Shown: piece after piece, positions 33,067 to 44,680 of the stretch
Layout of the letters: each line of letters starts with the position of its first letter
How positions within the stretch are numbered: position 1 is the stretch's first letter
From: Candidatus Marinacidobacterales bacterium
GTDB taxonomy: Bacteria; Acidobacteriota; Vicinamibacteria; Marinacidobacterales; DATDRI01
Assembly: GCA_965219415.1 (NCBI GenBank)
Contig: CBDCNP010000002.1
Coordinates: forward strand, 1,984,001 to 2,048,000
Direction: 5' to 3'
DNA length: 64,000 nucleotides
The notes under the pieces: model-generated
Told to the model about the DNA's origin: nothing
The model's database searches: none
What the model saw: the letters and a program-made list of their open reading frames with translations, nothing else
Made by a program: the position numbers and the translations under genes

Positions 33067-33629
33067 CCCTGCACTCCATTCCAATACGGACTCAAGAGAT
33101 GGCGAAGTCGCTCCCGCCCTCGGTTGATCCGCGACTTGACGGTCCCTTCTTGACAGCCGAGGGCGGATGCGATCTCCCTATACGACCAACCCTCTATCTC
33201 TCGCAGCAGGATCGGTGATCGGTATTTCAGGGGCAGCTCCGCGAGAGCCCAGGTGACGCGCTCGCCGACCTCCGCCCGAAGCAACTCGGCTTGCGGAGTA
33301 GGCCGCGGATCGTGTCCATTTGAAAAAAACTTCATCGAGAGGATTCGAAAGCGGCGCGCTCGCCTCTCTTCCGATCTCAGCAGGTTGGTGCCGATGCGGA
33401 ACAGGAAGGGGACGAACTGGCCCTGCTCTCGATACCGAGCCGAGGATTGGTAAAGACGCAGGAAGGATTCCTGGGCCAACTCCTCGGCGCGATCCCGGGA
33501 TCGGGTCAGCCCGGTGAGGTAATTGACCAACGCATGCTTGTGGCGATCTACGAGTTGCCCAAATGCCTCACGGTCCCCGGATTTTACTCGGCCCATGAGC
33601 TCGGCGTCGTTCATTTTCGGCGGGTTCAT
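33063..33629 (-). CDS. ECF sigma factor
   Basis: AEELAQESFL, LFRIGTN, SYREIA...GTVKSRINRGR. Confidence 0.93.
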   Translation of the reverse strand: MNPPKMNDAELMGRVKSGDREAFGQLVDRHKHALVNYLTGLTRSRDRAEELAQESFLRLYQSSARYREQGQFVPFLFRIGTNLLRSEERRARRFRILSMKFFSNGHDPRPTPQAELLRAEVGERVTWALAELPLKYRSPILLREIEGWSYREIASALGCQEGTVKSRINRGRERLRHLLSPYWNGVQG

Positions 33630-33644
33630 CCCATCTCCACTGGG

Positions 33645-33672
33645 TACAACGCCCCAAGATAGCAAAAGTTCC
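33645..33672 (-). promoter_or_regulatory. Putative ECF (autoregulatory) promoter
   Basis: Minus strand GGAAC-N16-CGTTGTA just upstream of the start. Confidence 0.55.
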
Positions 33673-34015
33673 CCGCCTTCGTTCGCTCCGGTGCATTCCA
33701 CATCAGCGAACTTCGGCGGGGCCTCGCCGAAGCCGTGGAGAGCACCGACGCCTGCCACGGCGCAGGCGGGCCGGCCCACCTCTCTCCCCGCCTCCATTCT
33801 TTGACTAACGGCCCGACCGGCGGTACCATTAATTACTAGCTATTTTCCGAACATAAAACAGGGAAATTCGAGCGTCGGACCGGCCGGTCCACCGCTAAAT
33901 GCCCTTTAATTACTTGGGCTTAGGGGTGAATCCCGGGCCAGCCCGAACCACCGCCAAGACTGCCTCCCAACCCAGTCGCGCGGCTCGAGCGGCAAGCAAC
34001 CGCGAGATTGGAGAC

Positions 34016-34384
34016 ATGCGACTTCTCGTGTACCTCGTCATGGCCGTCGGTCTGTCTGCGTGCGGCTCCGATCAGGACACCCTGCCCGACGGCGTGATCG
34101 GTGTATGGAAAACCAAGACCCGCAAGTATCGAGACCGTGCGTTCGAGCTTCAGCCGGACAAGGTCATCTTCGAAACCGGCGAAGAAACCGCGGAAACGAA
34201 TATCCTGCTCAGTGTGGAAGCACGCGAGGAAGATGGGCGCCTCCTCTATGACATCGACTACTTGAGTTCCGATGGCTTGGAGCACACCTTCTCCTTCTAC
34301 TACAACCCTATGGCCGGCGGCGTCATCGCACTCAAGAATCAGAGTGGGATCGTTTGGAGAAAAGAAAGGCGTACAAAGAAATGA
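34016..34384 (+). CDS. Hypothetical lipoprotein
   Basis: ATG after GGAG; lipobox LSAC; beta-rich (IGVWKT). Confidence 0.7.
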   Translation: MRLLVYLVMAVGLSACGSDQDTLPDGVIGVWKTKTRKYRDRAFELQPDKVIFETGEETAETNILLSVEAREEDGRLLYDIDYLSSDGLEHTFSFYYNPMAGGVIALKNQSGIVWRKERRTKK

Positions 34385-34567
34385 GAATACTACGGCGCAC
34401 GAGATTCCTGATCAACGAATTCCAGTATCGGATCCTGTTCCTGCAAGTTCTCTACTTCTTTGCGCTCATACTAGTCTTTACCGGAGCGATTTTCGTGCCC
34501 CTCATTATGGATCTCCAAAGTGGATCGCTGTCGTTCGCGGAGAAACACGCGGTGGCTAATCAATATA

Positions 34568-35954
34568 GGGTTTACGCGGATTCGTGTGGGTAAGTTCTGA
34601 CGGAAAAACAGTGTAACTCATTGTGTGGAAAAGGTATCGAGTACTTCATCAGGTGCTGAAAAGTGGTCCATTTTTAGGATAGGCTAACCGAGTGAAAAAT
34701 TCCCAGTCGATCCGCTCGCTGTTTGCGCTGCCAGGTTTCGTGGTTGGTGCCGGATTGAAGGGTCTATTCGGTGACCGATACGCCCGCGTCATCCAGCTCA
34801 AGAGGCGAAAAAAACAGCTGTGTGCTCTTACTGTGGGCAACGGTGCCGGGGGCGCTATGACAAGCAAGTGTGCCGGGTCCGCGACCTGTCGTTGGCTGGC
34901 TGGCGGATCTATCTGGAATACGAGCGTCGGCGCGTCAACTGTTCTGGGTGCGGCGGTGTGCATGTAGAACAACCTAGACTGGCTGGCGAACAACTCGCGC
35001 TACACCCAGCGTTTTGCGACGCATGTGGGCAAGCTGTGCCGGGATATGCCGAACAAGGCGGTGGCCGAGATGGAACGTCTGCACCACGGTACGGTGAAGG
35101 CTCTGGATACGCTCTACATGCAAGAGCAGGTCGACCGGGCGGGGCTACCGGCGCCTCGGGCCATCGGTGTCGATGAGATCTCCATCCGCAAGGGACATAA
35201 CTATCGCGTCATTGTCAGCGCGACCTGGAGCGGGCGCGTCCCATCTGGGTGGGCGGTGAGGGTCGCAAAGAAACCGACATCGATTTGTTCTTCAAGGCGC
35301 TGGGCGGAAAGAAAAGCGCCCGTATCAAGCTGGCCGCCATGGATATGTGGAAGCCCTTCCGGAACTCGGTGATTCACAACGCGCCTAATGCGCGGATCAT
35401 CTTCGACAAGTTTCATATCATGCGTCATCTGTCAAAGGCCCTCGATGAGGTCCGGCGCGGTGAGTACAAACGCCTCAGCGGCAAGGACCGGTCGTACATC
35501 AAGGGGCAGCGTTACACTTTGCTTTCCCGGCGGGAGAACCTGAGCCTAGACGGTCGCCGCGCACTCAAAAAGTTGCTCCAGGCCAACCGGCGCCTGAACA
35601 CCGCCTATATTTTGAAGGAGGCCTTCGGGCAACTCTGGGATTACCGCACCGAACGCGGCGCTCGCGCCTTTTTCACCCGTTGGAAAGACAGCCTCAAATG
35701 GCAACGCCTGCATCCGTACCAGAAGTTCGCCGGTATGATTGAGTCCCATTGGGATGGTATCGCCTCCTACTGTCATCCGGAGAACAAAGTCAGTCTCGGC
35801 CTAGTTGAAGGGGTCAACAACAAAATCCGTGTTCTGCAACGACGCGCCTACGGCTATCGCGACGAGGAATATCTCAAGCTGAAGATCGTGGCGGCTTTCC
35901 TTCCGCCATTACCCAGAAATGCAGTTTTCAACCCACACGAATCCGCGTAGACCC
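34568..35954 (+). mobile_element. ISL3-family insertion sequence
   Basis: 24-bp TIRs GGGT(T/C)TACGCGGATTCGTGTGGGT. Flanks TCAATATA / TCAATTCT. Confidence 0.92.
34692..35950 (+). CDS. ISL3 transposase (several frames)
   Basis: CxxC zinc finger, IGVDE, MDMW, FDKFH, EGVNNKI...RRAYGYR. Confidence 0.9.
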
Positions 35955-36433
35955 TCAATTCTTGTCTCTCCACTCGCGCATTTGGCCAGCGATCTTGATT
36001 CTCTTCGTCCTCCTGAGCGCCCACTCGGTCTTCGTATCCCACCGCATTGCGGGCCCTCTCTACCGGTTCCGCAAGGTCATGAAATCGGTGGCTTCAGGAG
36101 ACCTCTCCATTCGCTTCACCCTGCGCAAAAAAGACTACCTGGCGAAGGAGGCCAGCCTCGTCGCGGAGATGATCGCGGCGCTGCGCGCCAAGGTCGGAGC
36201 TCTGAAGGACCACTGTTCGGAAGTGGACGCGCTCGTGGCCGAAGTCAGCATGGCCGCCGACCGCTGATCGGCAGATGAAATCCAGTCGCGGCTGGAAAAG
36301 TTACGAGCCGAGATGACCAAGCTCAGAGGCGTAGCGGACGAGCTCAAAACCCACCCACCCTCTCGGCAAGACTCGGCCCAAGAAGCGGAAGCACCGATCG
36401 GTTCGGAAAGAGTTCCCAGCGAGGCCTAAGTCA

Positions 36434-36916
36434 ATGAAGGCTCCGAAGCGCTCGACGAACCGCGTAATCAACAAGGAGGATGGATTCTCGCTCGTCGAGC
36501 TACTGATCGTCGCAGCCATGCTGGCCACACTAGTCAGCATTGCGGTACCGATATACGCCCGCGCTTTGGATAGCGCCAGAATGGCGCACGCCATCGCGGA
36601 GATTCAAACTCTGCAGAAGGAAATCTTCGTCTACGACGTGCAGACCGGGAACCTACCACTCACTCTCGAAGACATTGATCGGGAAAGGCTCACCGATCCA
36701 TGGGGAACACCTTACGAATACCTGAACTTCTCGGGCGTCAACGGCAAAAGCAAGATGCGCAAGGACCGATTCCTGGTTCCATTGAACTCTAGATACGATC
36801 TTTACAGCATGGGCCCGGACAAGAAGAGCCAGTCACCGCTCACCGCCAAGGCAAGTCGAGACGACATCATCCGGGCGAACGACGGCAGCTATGTTGGACC
36901 GGCCTCCCAGTTCTGA
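36434..36916 (+). CDS. Prepilin-type (GspG-like) protein
   Basis: G|FSLVE prepilin cleavage site; DPWG-PY-Y; LYSMGPD. Confidence 0.88.
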   Translation: MKAPKRSTNRVINKEDGFSLVELLIVAAMLATLVSIAVPIYARALDSARMAHAIAEIQTLQKEIFVYDVQTGNLPLTLEDIDRERLTDPWGTPYEYLNFSGVNGKSKMRKDRFLVPLNSRYDLYSMGPDKKSQSPLTAKASRDDIIRANDGSYVGPASQF

Positions 36917-36929
36917 TCGAGCAATAGGA

Positions 36930-39058
36930 ATGAAACTAGACCCGACGTTTCTTCGCAGCAAGGTTGGAAGAAGACTCTTTACGTTGTTCATCCTTTGTTC
37001 GCTAGCCCTGATCACGGTGCTTGCCGTGCTCTCCTTTACCCACGTCACCAACCAGCTCGACGAGCAGAGTCGAAACCGATTGCATCAAGCAAGCAAGGCC
37101 CTCGGAATGGCGATCTTCGAGCGATTGTCCTTCCTGGAAGCTGGAATGAGGACCGCGGCCGCGCACCTCGAGCTGGGCATGGATATCGGAAAGGGCGAAC
37201 ATCCGATCGTGGAAGATCTGGCAGAGAGATTCGACGCGCTCGGTCTCTTGTCGGGCGATGGAGAGTACACGCAGATCCTAGGAGATACCCAACAACTGCC
37301 CACACTCGAGCCGGAGCAAGCAAAGCATGTCGCGGACGGAAAGACGTTGCTGATCCAAAGTCACACCACCGCCGTCCTCCCACGGTTCATGATGATCCGG
37401 ACGGTGGACGAAGAGGACCCCTCGCGAGGCGTGTTGCTCGGAGAGCTGGACACCCGATACTTGTGGGGCGCCGAGTCGACCCTGCCCCGCTCACCGAGCT
37501 CTGCATCCTTACCAATCTGACCACCGTTCTCTTCTGCTCCGGTGAGGTTCCGAGCTCGAAGGGAGTCGGCCGAAGGCTTCGTGAGTCGGCCGCTGGAGAC
37601 TTCGAGTGGAGCAAGGATGGAGAAGCGTTTCTAGCGGGTTATTGGTCAATACCCCTCTTCGCATTTTCGGCGGCCCCGTGGACGGTGATCTTGAGCGAGT
37701 CCATTGAAAGTGTCCACGCACCGATGGCAGATTTCAGAAAGACGTTCCCTCTCGTCATTCTCATGTCGTTGTGGGTCGTCCTGCTCTTGAGCATCAATCA
37801 AATCCGACGGAGCCTCGTCCCGCTCGAGAATCTCCAGGAAGGGACACGAAGAATCGCGGAGAAGGATTTTGACAGTCGGGTAAGCGTCGACAGCGGGGAC
37901 GAGTTCCAGGAGCTCGCCGAGTCCTTCAACGGAATGGCTGGTGAATTGGACAGGCAGTTTCACACCCTTGCCACCATGTCCGAGATCGATCGGGCCATCC
38001 TTTCGGTTTTCGACACCCGGCAGATCGTCGACACGTTGCTCACGCGGATGCCCGATGTGCTCCCCTGTCGTTCGGTGAGTCTAACGATCATCGATACCAA
38101 GGGTAGCAACCGGGCCGAGGCATATTCGAAGAGCTGCGATCCGGGGACTGAAACGGTCGTCGAGACCCTGGAGCTCGACCGCAGAGGGCTAAGCGACCTC
38201 AGAGAAAACCCAGAAAGCCTTTGGATCCGGGGAACCGCTCCACCTCCTTTTATTCCTCCCTCGATGCGGTTACGCGCCAAGTCCTGGCAGATCTTTCCGA
38301 TCTTCTTCAAGAATCGACTGGCGGGGATCATTACTCTGGGCGATGCCGATACTTCCGAACATGGGAAAGAAGATCTACGCCGCGCGCGACAGTTGGTGGA
38401 CCAGGTTGCGGTGGCCCTTTCCAACGCTCACCTAGTCGAGCAGCTGGACGAGCTCAACTGGGGAGCGCTCATCGCGCTAGCGCGTACCATCGACGCGAAA
38501 TCTCCTTGGACCCTGGGCCACTCCGAGCGGGCCGCGGACTTCGCCATGAAAATTGGTCGGGTTCTGGGCGTGGGTCAGCAAGACCTGGATAACCTACATC
38601 GTGGTGCCTTACTTCATGACATCGGCAAGATCGGAATCCCTCCCACCATCCTGGATAAGCCTGGGAAACTGACACCAGAAGAAATCGAGGTCATGCGGGA
38701 GCATCCCTTGATCGGCGAGCGCATCCTCGAACCCATCGCCGCCTATGCCGACGTGATCCCGGTCGTCTCGCAGCACCACGAGTGGTTCGATGGCTCCGGC
38801 TATCCCCGCGCTCTCTCGGGTGAAAGAATCAATTTCATCGCCCGCATCTATGCCGTGGCGGACGTCTTCGACGCCTTGATTGCGGATCGCCCCTACCGGG
38901 CAGGCTTGAGCCTCGAGACGGTGACCGACTACATCAAGGAGAGATCGGGGCGCCAGTTCGACCCCAGGGTCGTCGCGGCCTTCCTAGAGGTTGTGGCGAA
39001 CGGCTACCCGAGTACCAAGGAAGAGGAAGCCGAGCCCAGCTCCGTTACTCCGGCCTAG
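36930..39058 (+). CDS. Membrane HAMP-GAF-HD-GYP phosphodiesterase (frameshift near 37490)
   Basis: Two TMs, HAMP, GAF; HDIGK, HHEWFDGSGYP, ADVFDAL, GRQFDP. Confidence 0.9.
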
Positions 39059-39191
39059 TGACCTGTATCAGTAAAACCTCGCCGTTCGGCGCATCAGAAA
39101 CCAAACGATAGCGATCAAGATCATCGCCCTCGCCTGCGGCGCCAGTCGATGCTCTAGCCACCCCTACTCGACGCGGTCAAAAGATTATGTC

Positions 39192-40412
39192 GTGCTTCGT
39201 TGCAACTCAACTAACGCGAAGCCTATCATAGCCCTGCATTTAGGGAGACATGAGGTGCGAGCGGTGAGGGAACGCGCAAAAGGATTCGGATTCCTTACGC
39301 TCATGTTGGTAGCTTTTGTCCCGCCACTCATCGGCGACTTTGACTCGAAACAACCTCTCGAGTTCGCAGTACCCCGCCGAATTCCCGAGACGGCAGAGTC
39401 GCCCATCTACGAACACCGATTTGTGTACCCACGGCCGCTGACGCGTTTCGCTCACAGCCCCGCGCTGACGGAGACTGCCAATGGTCGACTTCTGCTCGCC
39501 TGGTTCGGCGGAACCGGAGAAGGAAGTCCGAGTGTGCAGCTCTTCGCGTCCACCTACGCCCCGGAGCTGGACACCTGGAGCAAGCCCCGCGTGATCGCCG
39601 ATCGAGATCAGGCGCGCAGGGATCTAGGACGCTTCGTCCACACCGTCGGCAACCCGGTATTGTGGACCCAACCCAACGGCAAGCTGTGGCTGTTCTACGT
39701 AACTTCGTGGATTTTCGGTTGGTCGGGAAGCAGCATCAATCTCAGGATGTCGGCGGACCATGGCGAAACCTGGACCCCCACCAAGAGATTGGTGACCAGC
39801 CCTTACTTGAACAGCGGGACCTTAGCGAGGACCGGGCCCTTCGAATACAGCGACGGAACGATAGGCCTCCCGGTCTATCACGAGCTCTTGGGAATCTTTC
39901 CCGAGATCGTCCGCTTGCAGCCAAACGGCATCGTCTTGGGCAAATCACGCATCTACTTCGGCAAGAGCTCTCTTCAACCCTCTGTTGTTCCTCTGGACGA
40001 CACGCAGGCCCTCGCTTTGTTGAGACCGAGGCCCAAAAGCAAGGCCAACGCGAGAGTGCTCCTCTCCCGATCCGAAGATGCGGGACGGCGCTGGTCCACG
40101 CCGGTTTCCCTCGACCTCGCGAATCCTGGGTCATCGGTGGTCGGGCTTCGAGCCTCCGATGATTCGATCCTCTTAGCGTACAACGATTCGCCCACCAGCA
40201 GAAACAATCTCTCCCTGGCTCGTTCGGTCGATGGCGGAAAGAGCTGGCAAGTGCTCGCCACTATCGAGCAGAGCAAGCAAGGAAAACAGTTCGCATATCC
40301 CACGTTCATTCAAACAAAAAACGATCAGTTCCATCTAGTCTATGCCTGGAACTACACGCACATGAAGCACGTGCGATTCAACGCCGCCTGGCTCGCAGCA
40401 AACGAACGATGA
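39192..40412 (+). CDS. BNR/Asp-box exo-alpha-sialidase-like protein
   Basis: WFGG, GNPV, Asp boxes SADHGETW, SEDAGRRW, SVDGGKSW; AYP. Start uncertain. Confidence 0.82.
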   Translation: MLRCNSTNAKPIIALHLGRHEVRAVRERAKGFGFLTLMLVAFVPPLIGDFDSKQPLEFAVPRRIPETAESPIYEHRFVYPRPLTRFAHSPALTETANGRLLLAWFGGTGEGSPSVQLFASTYAPELDTWSKPRVIADRDQARRDLGRFVHTVGNPVLWTQPNGKLWLFYVTSWIFGWSGSSINLRMSADHGETWTPTKRLVTSPYLNSGTLARTGPFEYSDGTIGLPVYHELLGIFPEIVRLQPNGIVLGKSRIYFGKSSLQPSVVPLDDTQALALLRPRPKSKANARVLLSRSEDAGRRWSTPVSLDLANPGSSVVGLRASDDSILLAYNDSPTSRNNLSLARSVDGGKSWQVLATIEQSKQGKQFAYPTFIQTKNDQFHLVYAWNYTHMKHVRFNAAWLAANER

Positions 40413-41014
40413 GCATTCTCGGAATGCTCGGCCAGGTACTGCTCACATCCGCGATCATTCTTTCGCTGTTTCGGGTTGGAAAGTATCGTCCGATCGTCCG
40501 TTGGACGGCGTTGGTGGTAACCGCCGTCATCGGATTGTCCCAGTTCGGCGACATTCGACTCATCGCCTATCCGGGCGGCGTCCTCGGAGATCTGAGCATC
40601 ACGGCCCAGCTCCTCTTGGCGTCCGTCATCGCGAAACAGATCTTGCGAATCGAGATTTTCTCGGAGCGGGCTCGCTCTACTATCTTACTCGCGACGGCGG
40701 GAGCAGGAATCGTCTTGTACCCTTTCTCCTCCGGGTTGACGATGCTGGACGTTTATTCGTCGGGATTCGATTCGACGACCCTAATGATCGCGCTAGCCGT
40801 CCTGGCGGCCATCGGTTGGACCCTTCGACCAGGCGCGGCCATCGTCATCCCCTTGAGCGTCGTTGCGTTCAACTTGGAACTTCTAACTTCTAATAATGTC
40901 TGGGACTACCTGCTCGATCCAGTGCTGACGCTATTCGCGTGGGGCTGGCTGCTCTCCGTTTCCATGCGTCGCGCACTCTCCACCGCACCGCAGGCCACGG
41001 ACTCGGGACGATGA
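40409..41014 (+). CDS. Integral membrane hypothetical protein
   Basis: Multi-TM; GDLS, LYP, SNNVWDYLLDP. Confidence 0.75.
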   Translation: MSILGMLGQVLLTSAIILSLFRVGKYRPIVRWTALVVTAVIGLSQFGDIRLIAYPGGVLGDLSITAQLLLASVIAKQILRIEIFSERARSTILLATAGAGIVLYPFSSGLTMLDVYSSGFDSTTLMIALAVLAAIGWTLRPGAAIVIPLSVVAFNLELLTSNNVWDYLLDPVLTLFAWGWLLSVSMRRALSTAPQATDSGR

Positions 41015-42649
41015 GTCGGTTCTGGTGGCCAGGCGTCGTTGTTCTCGCCGTCTTCACCTACACATATTCACTCGACGGCTTGCACATTCCCCACATTGGC
41101 GACGAAGCACCCTATATTCAGATCGTGAGACTGACCGCCGAAAGCGGCGACTGGCTACCCCTGAAAACCACGAGTGGCCTCGAGAACACGAAACCCCCTT
41201 TATTGTTTTGGCTGGGTATGGTTTCCACCGACTGGCCCCAACACTGGAGCCTATTTCGTTTGCGGTTCCCCATCGTTGTCTTTACGTTCCTCACCGCCGC
41301 GATCATTTTCTTGCTGGCGCGCATGAAGGGTGGGAGTGAGAGCGGCTACATTGCCTTGCTCACGTTTCTGGGATTCGCGTCGACGTTCCAATACGGGCGA
41401 CCCTTTTTGACCAACCTCCCGGAGACTTTTTTCGTTTTCCTTCCCTTCTTCGCGCTCATCTACTTCCGCGAACGGCGCGAAAAGTGGGGGACCGGTTTTT
41501 GGGTCCTTGCCGGCCTCTCGATTGGCATCGCCTGCCTCTTCAAATCGTTCGTCTTAGTGGTTCCGGTGGGAGCGGCCTTGACATGGTGGTCACTGCTGGA
41601 ACGCGATTGGAACTTCGCAACTTTTCTAAAGAGAGACGCGCCCAAAATTGTACTAGCTCTCGTGTTGGCACTTGGTTGCTTCGCGCTCTGGCCCCTTCTC
41701 GATCCGGACCCCGGTTCTGTGATCCGGAACTTCGTCCTCGAAGAGAACCTCGGCAAGCTCGGCGGAGAGGGCTATCTCGGCGGGCTCTTCACGGGCTCTT
41801 ATCCCCTACACAGAATCTGGCTCGGACACTTAGCCAACGCCGGTCTTTTTGCCCTGCCGCTCGTTTACCTCACGGTGATCACCGTGAAGGGCAGAGGAAG
41901 ATTGTCCTTAGACGATAAGACTCTATGGATTCTCGTCCTGTCATTCCTCATCGTCTACAGCGTGCCGAGCCAGCGCCAAGAGAACTACCTCCTGCCCACC
42001 GTTCCCGCTCTAGCCGTGCTCATGGGGGTACACTGGAAGGAAGTAGGACGTCGCTGGTTCTACGTGTTCAACGTTGCCATCGTACTCACGCTCGTTCCTC
42101 TCGCGGTACTGATTCACGCCGTCTTCGACGCGCTTCCCCCGGGAAGCTACCGATGGTGGCAGCTCGGCCTTTCCGGTCGTGGCGATCTTAGTGACAAGCT
42201 CGAGTTTGATGTGGAATCGCGCCAGCCCCTACCTGTTTCATTTGCAAGTCTTCCTAGTCGCGGCCACGCTTGCCGCCGGGCTGGCCCCCTTCGAGGGACC
42301 GCTCGGGAGGTATGATCGCGAGACGATCGGAACACTCGAGAATAGGACTGTTTTCGTTCCGTCCAACTTCGTTTCGAAGTACGAGCGACATCGCTTCGTA
42401 CTGCCCGGGAGTCGGATCGAGGGGTACGATCCGTCCAATACCGAGCGATTGAACCAGCTTCTGCGAAACGGAGAAATTGTTGCTCTGGAGCGGGGGCTCG
42501 GGCAAACTGTGGCCGGCCCCTTCGACATCTATGGCAAGCGGCTAACGCTGCGGTCGAGGCAACGGGGGGACGAGATCGCGAGAATCCTCTTCAAGGGAGA
42601 TCTCGATCCTCTAGTGCAACAAGAGATCATCGTTCGGCGTCGCAAGTAA
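41011..42649 (+). CDS. ArnT/PMT-like lipid-carrier glycosyltransferase (frameshifted)
   Basis: DE motif, KPPLLFW, many TMs, YLLP. Confidence 0.8.
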
Positions 42650-43770
42650 TGAATCTCGAGTTCCAACGGAAAGTGGACCGCATAGCGGGTACGTTCTTCT
42701 GCAGAGTCTTGTCCATGTTCCCCAACGCGCGCCGGCAACCGCCGGCCGACCTGAAACCGCAGAAGATCTTGGTGATTCTCTTGTCGGAGATGGGAAGCCT
42801 GGTTCTCGCCCAGCCGATGTTCGCGCGCATCAAGGCTAAGTACCCAGCGGCTTCTCTTTATGTCAGTTCTTCCAACAGAACCAGGAAGTCCTGGACGTTT
42901 TGCGGGTCGTCCCTGAAGATCACATCCTAACCGTCCGCAATGACTCAATGAGTCATCTGTCGAAGGACAGTCTCCACGCCCTAAAGGAAATGCGCCGGAT
43001 CGGGATCGACACCGTGCTCGACTGCGAGCTCTTCTCCAGAGTGGGGAGCATTTTTTCGTTTCTGAGCGGCGCCAAGATCCGCGCCGGGTTCCACCGCCAC
43101 ACTCAGGAAGGTCTCTATCGCGGCAACTTTATCAATCGGCCCGTGCTCTACAATCCCTACCAGCACATTTCGCAACAGTTTTTGACGCTGGTCGAGGCGC
43201 TCGAATCGAAACGCGTCCCCACCGTCAAGCGAACGGTTGGACAAGAGAAACTCACCATCCCGCCGATGTCGGTCGAAGCGGACGAGGTGAGCTCGATGGC
43301 AACACGCTTCCAGGCCGATTTCCCGCAAGCAGCGGGAAAAAAGGTCGTCCTCCTCTCACCCGGGGGCGGTCTGTTGCCGATTCGCGCTTGGCCGGTCGCT
43401 AACTTCTCCCGCGTCGCCGAGGAGCTCATACGACTCGACTACGTTGTGGGGATCATTGGATTGGAAAGAGACAAAGACACCGCCCAGGAGATCTTGTCCC
43501 ATTGCAAGAGTGCGAACTGTCTCGATCTGACGGGATATACGGAAACAGTGCGTGAGCTCATGCTCCTATTCCACAGCGCATCGCTGCTGGTAACCAACGA
43601 TGGCGGTCCGGGCCACTTTGCCAGCATGACACCCATCCCGGCCATTGTCCTCTTCGGGCCCGAGAGCCCGACTTTGTACGGAAGCCTCGACGACAAAACG
43701 ATCAGTCTTTATACGCACCTCTCGTGCTCTCCTTGCCTCACCGCATACAACCATCGCAACTCGCCTTGCG
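42649..43770 (+). CDS. GT9 heptosyltransferase-like protein (frameshifted, probably C-terminally truncated)
   Basis: SEMGS, RAWP, NDGGPGHFA, LFGP, CSPC. Confidence 0.85.
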
Positions 43771-43981
43771 AAAGAGGGTCGATACGCAGAAGCCGTTCAG
43801 TCGTTTCGCGTCGTCGTTTGGCTTCGTCCAGATTTTGCTGAGGCTCACCTAAAATCTCGGTGAGGCCCTTTGGCAGCAGGGACAATTCTTCGAAGCCCTC
43901 GAGCCTTTCCGCACTGCGGCTGAGCTTAAACCTGAGTTGGAGGAGCTGGCCGGCCTCCGGTGGGCGCTGCTCGAGGGTTGA
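43771..43981 (+). pseudogene. TPR-protein C-terminal remnant
   Basis: EGRYAEAVQSF...RPDFAEAH..LGEALWQQG is fused directly after the GT9 sequence with no start. Confidence 0.55.
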
Positions 43982-44404
43982 GGAGGTTTGCTACTAGCGA
44001 ATCAGGTAGTTCTCTTTCACAAACTCGGACATCACCGCCTCCGGAGAAACGCCGCAGAAACGTTGAGAATCAGGCGGCAACGCAAAGCTTGATCGATTCG
44101 GATACCGACGCGACGGACTACTGCGTCGCGGGATGAACTCCCTGTTGGAGCGGCGTTTTCTACATCAACTGCTACGCGCTGACCGTTGAGTATATCAGAC
44201 ACACCAAAACAGGATGTCCGGGTGCCCTCTTGCGCACCCGGGCACCTTTTCGCAGCCTCTCGCTGGGTTTCCAAGGCCTCGTCGGTGTAGAGCCTATCGG
44301 TTTTGCCTCCCCGTGGCCCGTGCGCGAAGGCAACTCCCGTCAGTCGCCCTCGAGGGGCAGCCGGAACACGGCCACCTCCTGGCCGTTGCGAACCAGCAAG
44401 ACGT

Positions 44405-44571
44405 CGCCGACCAACACCAGGATCCCGGGTGCCCACGTGCTCGGCCCGCATGCGGAGGAGATCATCAACCTCTTTGCCATGGCCATGGTGGCGGGCATGA
44501 AACCTAAGGACATCAAGAAGACTATTTTCGCGTACCCGACAGCCGCTTCGGATATGCCCTACATGGTCTGA
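44405..44571 (+). pseudogene. Remnant of a pyridine nucleotide-disulfide oxidoreductase dimerisation domain (glutathione reductase-like)
   Basis: RI-GAHVLGPHAEEIINLFAMAM...AYPTAASDMPYMV; the rest of the gene is absent. Confidence 0.75.
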
Positions 44572-44680
44572 CCTCGCAACATCAAAGCCGTATCCAAACA
44601 GGCTCGAAATAGGAGGGTAGGTACCAAAATTCTACTGTAACGTTTCATTTCGGGCGGGGGCAGCAGAGCGTGCTCTCGGC

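Larger units (their letters stand above)
34381..36430 (+). pseudogene. Two-TM HAMP-domain protein interrupted by ISL3
   Basis: Removing the IS rejoins ...HAVANQ/FLSLHSRIW...SHRIAGPLYRF...GDL. There is also an in-frame TGA at 36265 inside the coiled-coil tail. Confidence 0.8.

Noticed and set aside
36265-36267. TGA in the HAMP gene tail as recoding
   Set aside because: It lies in a coiled coil of an IS-disrupted gene with no Cys or redox context. A nonsense mutation is the simpler explanation.
44405-44571. Reductase remnant as merA
   Set aside because: It lacks the C-terminal Cys-Cys pair of MerA; the YPTxxSD..YM ending fits glutathione-reductase-like proteins.
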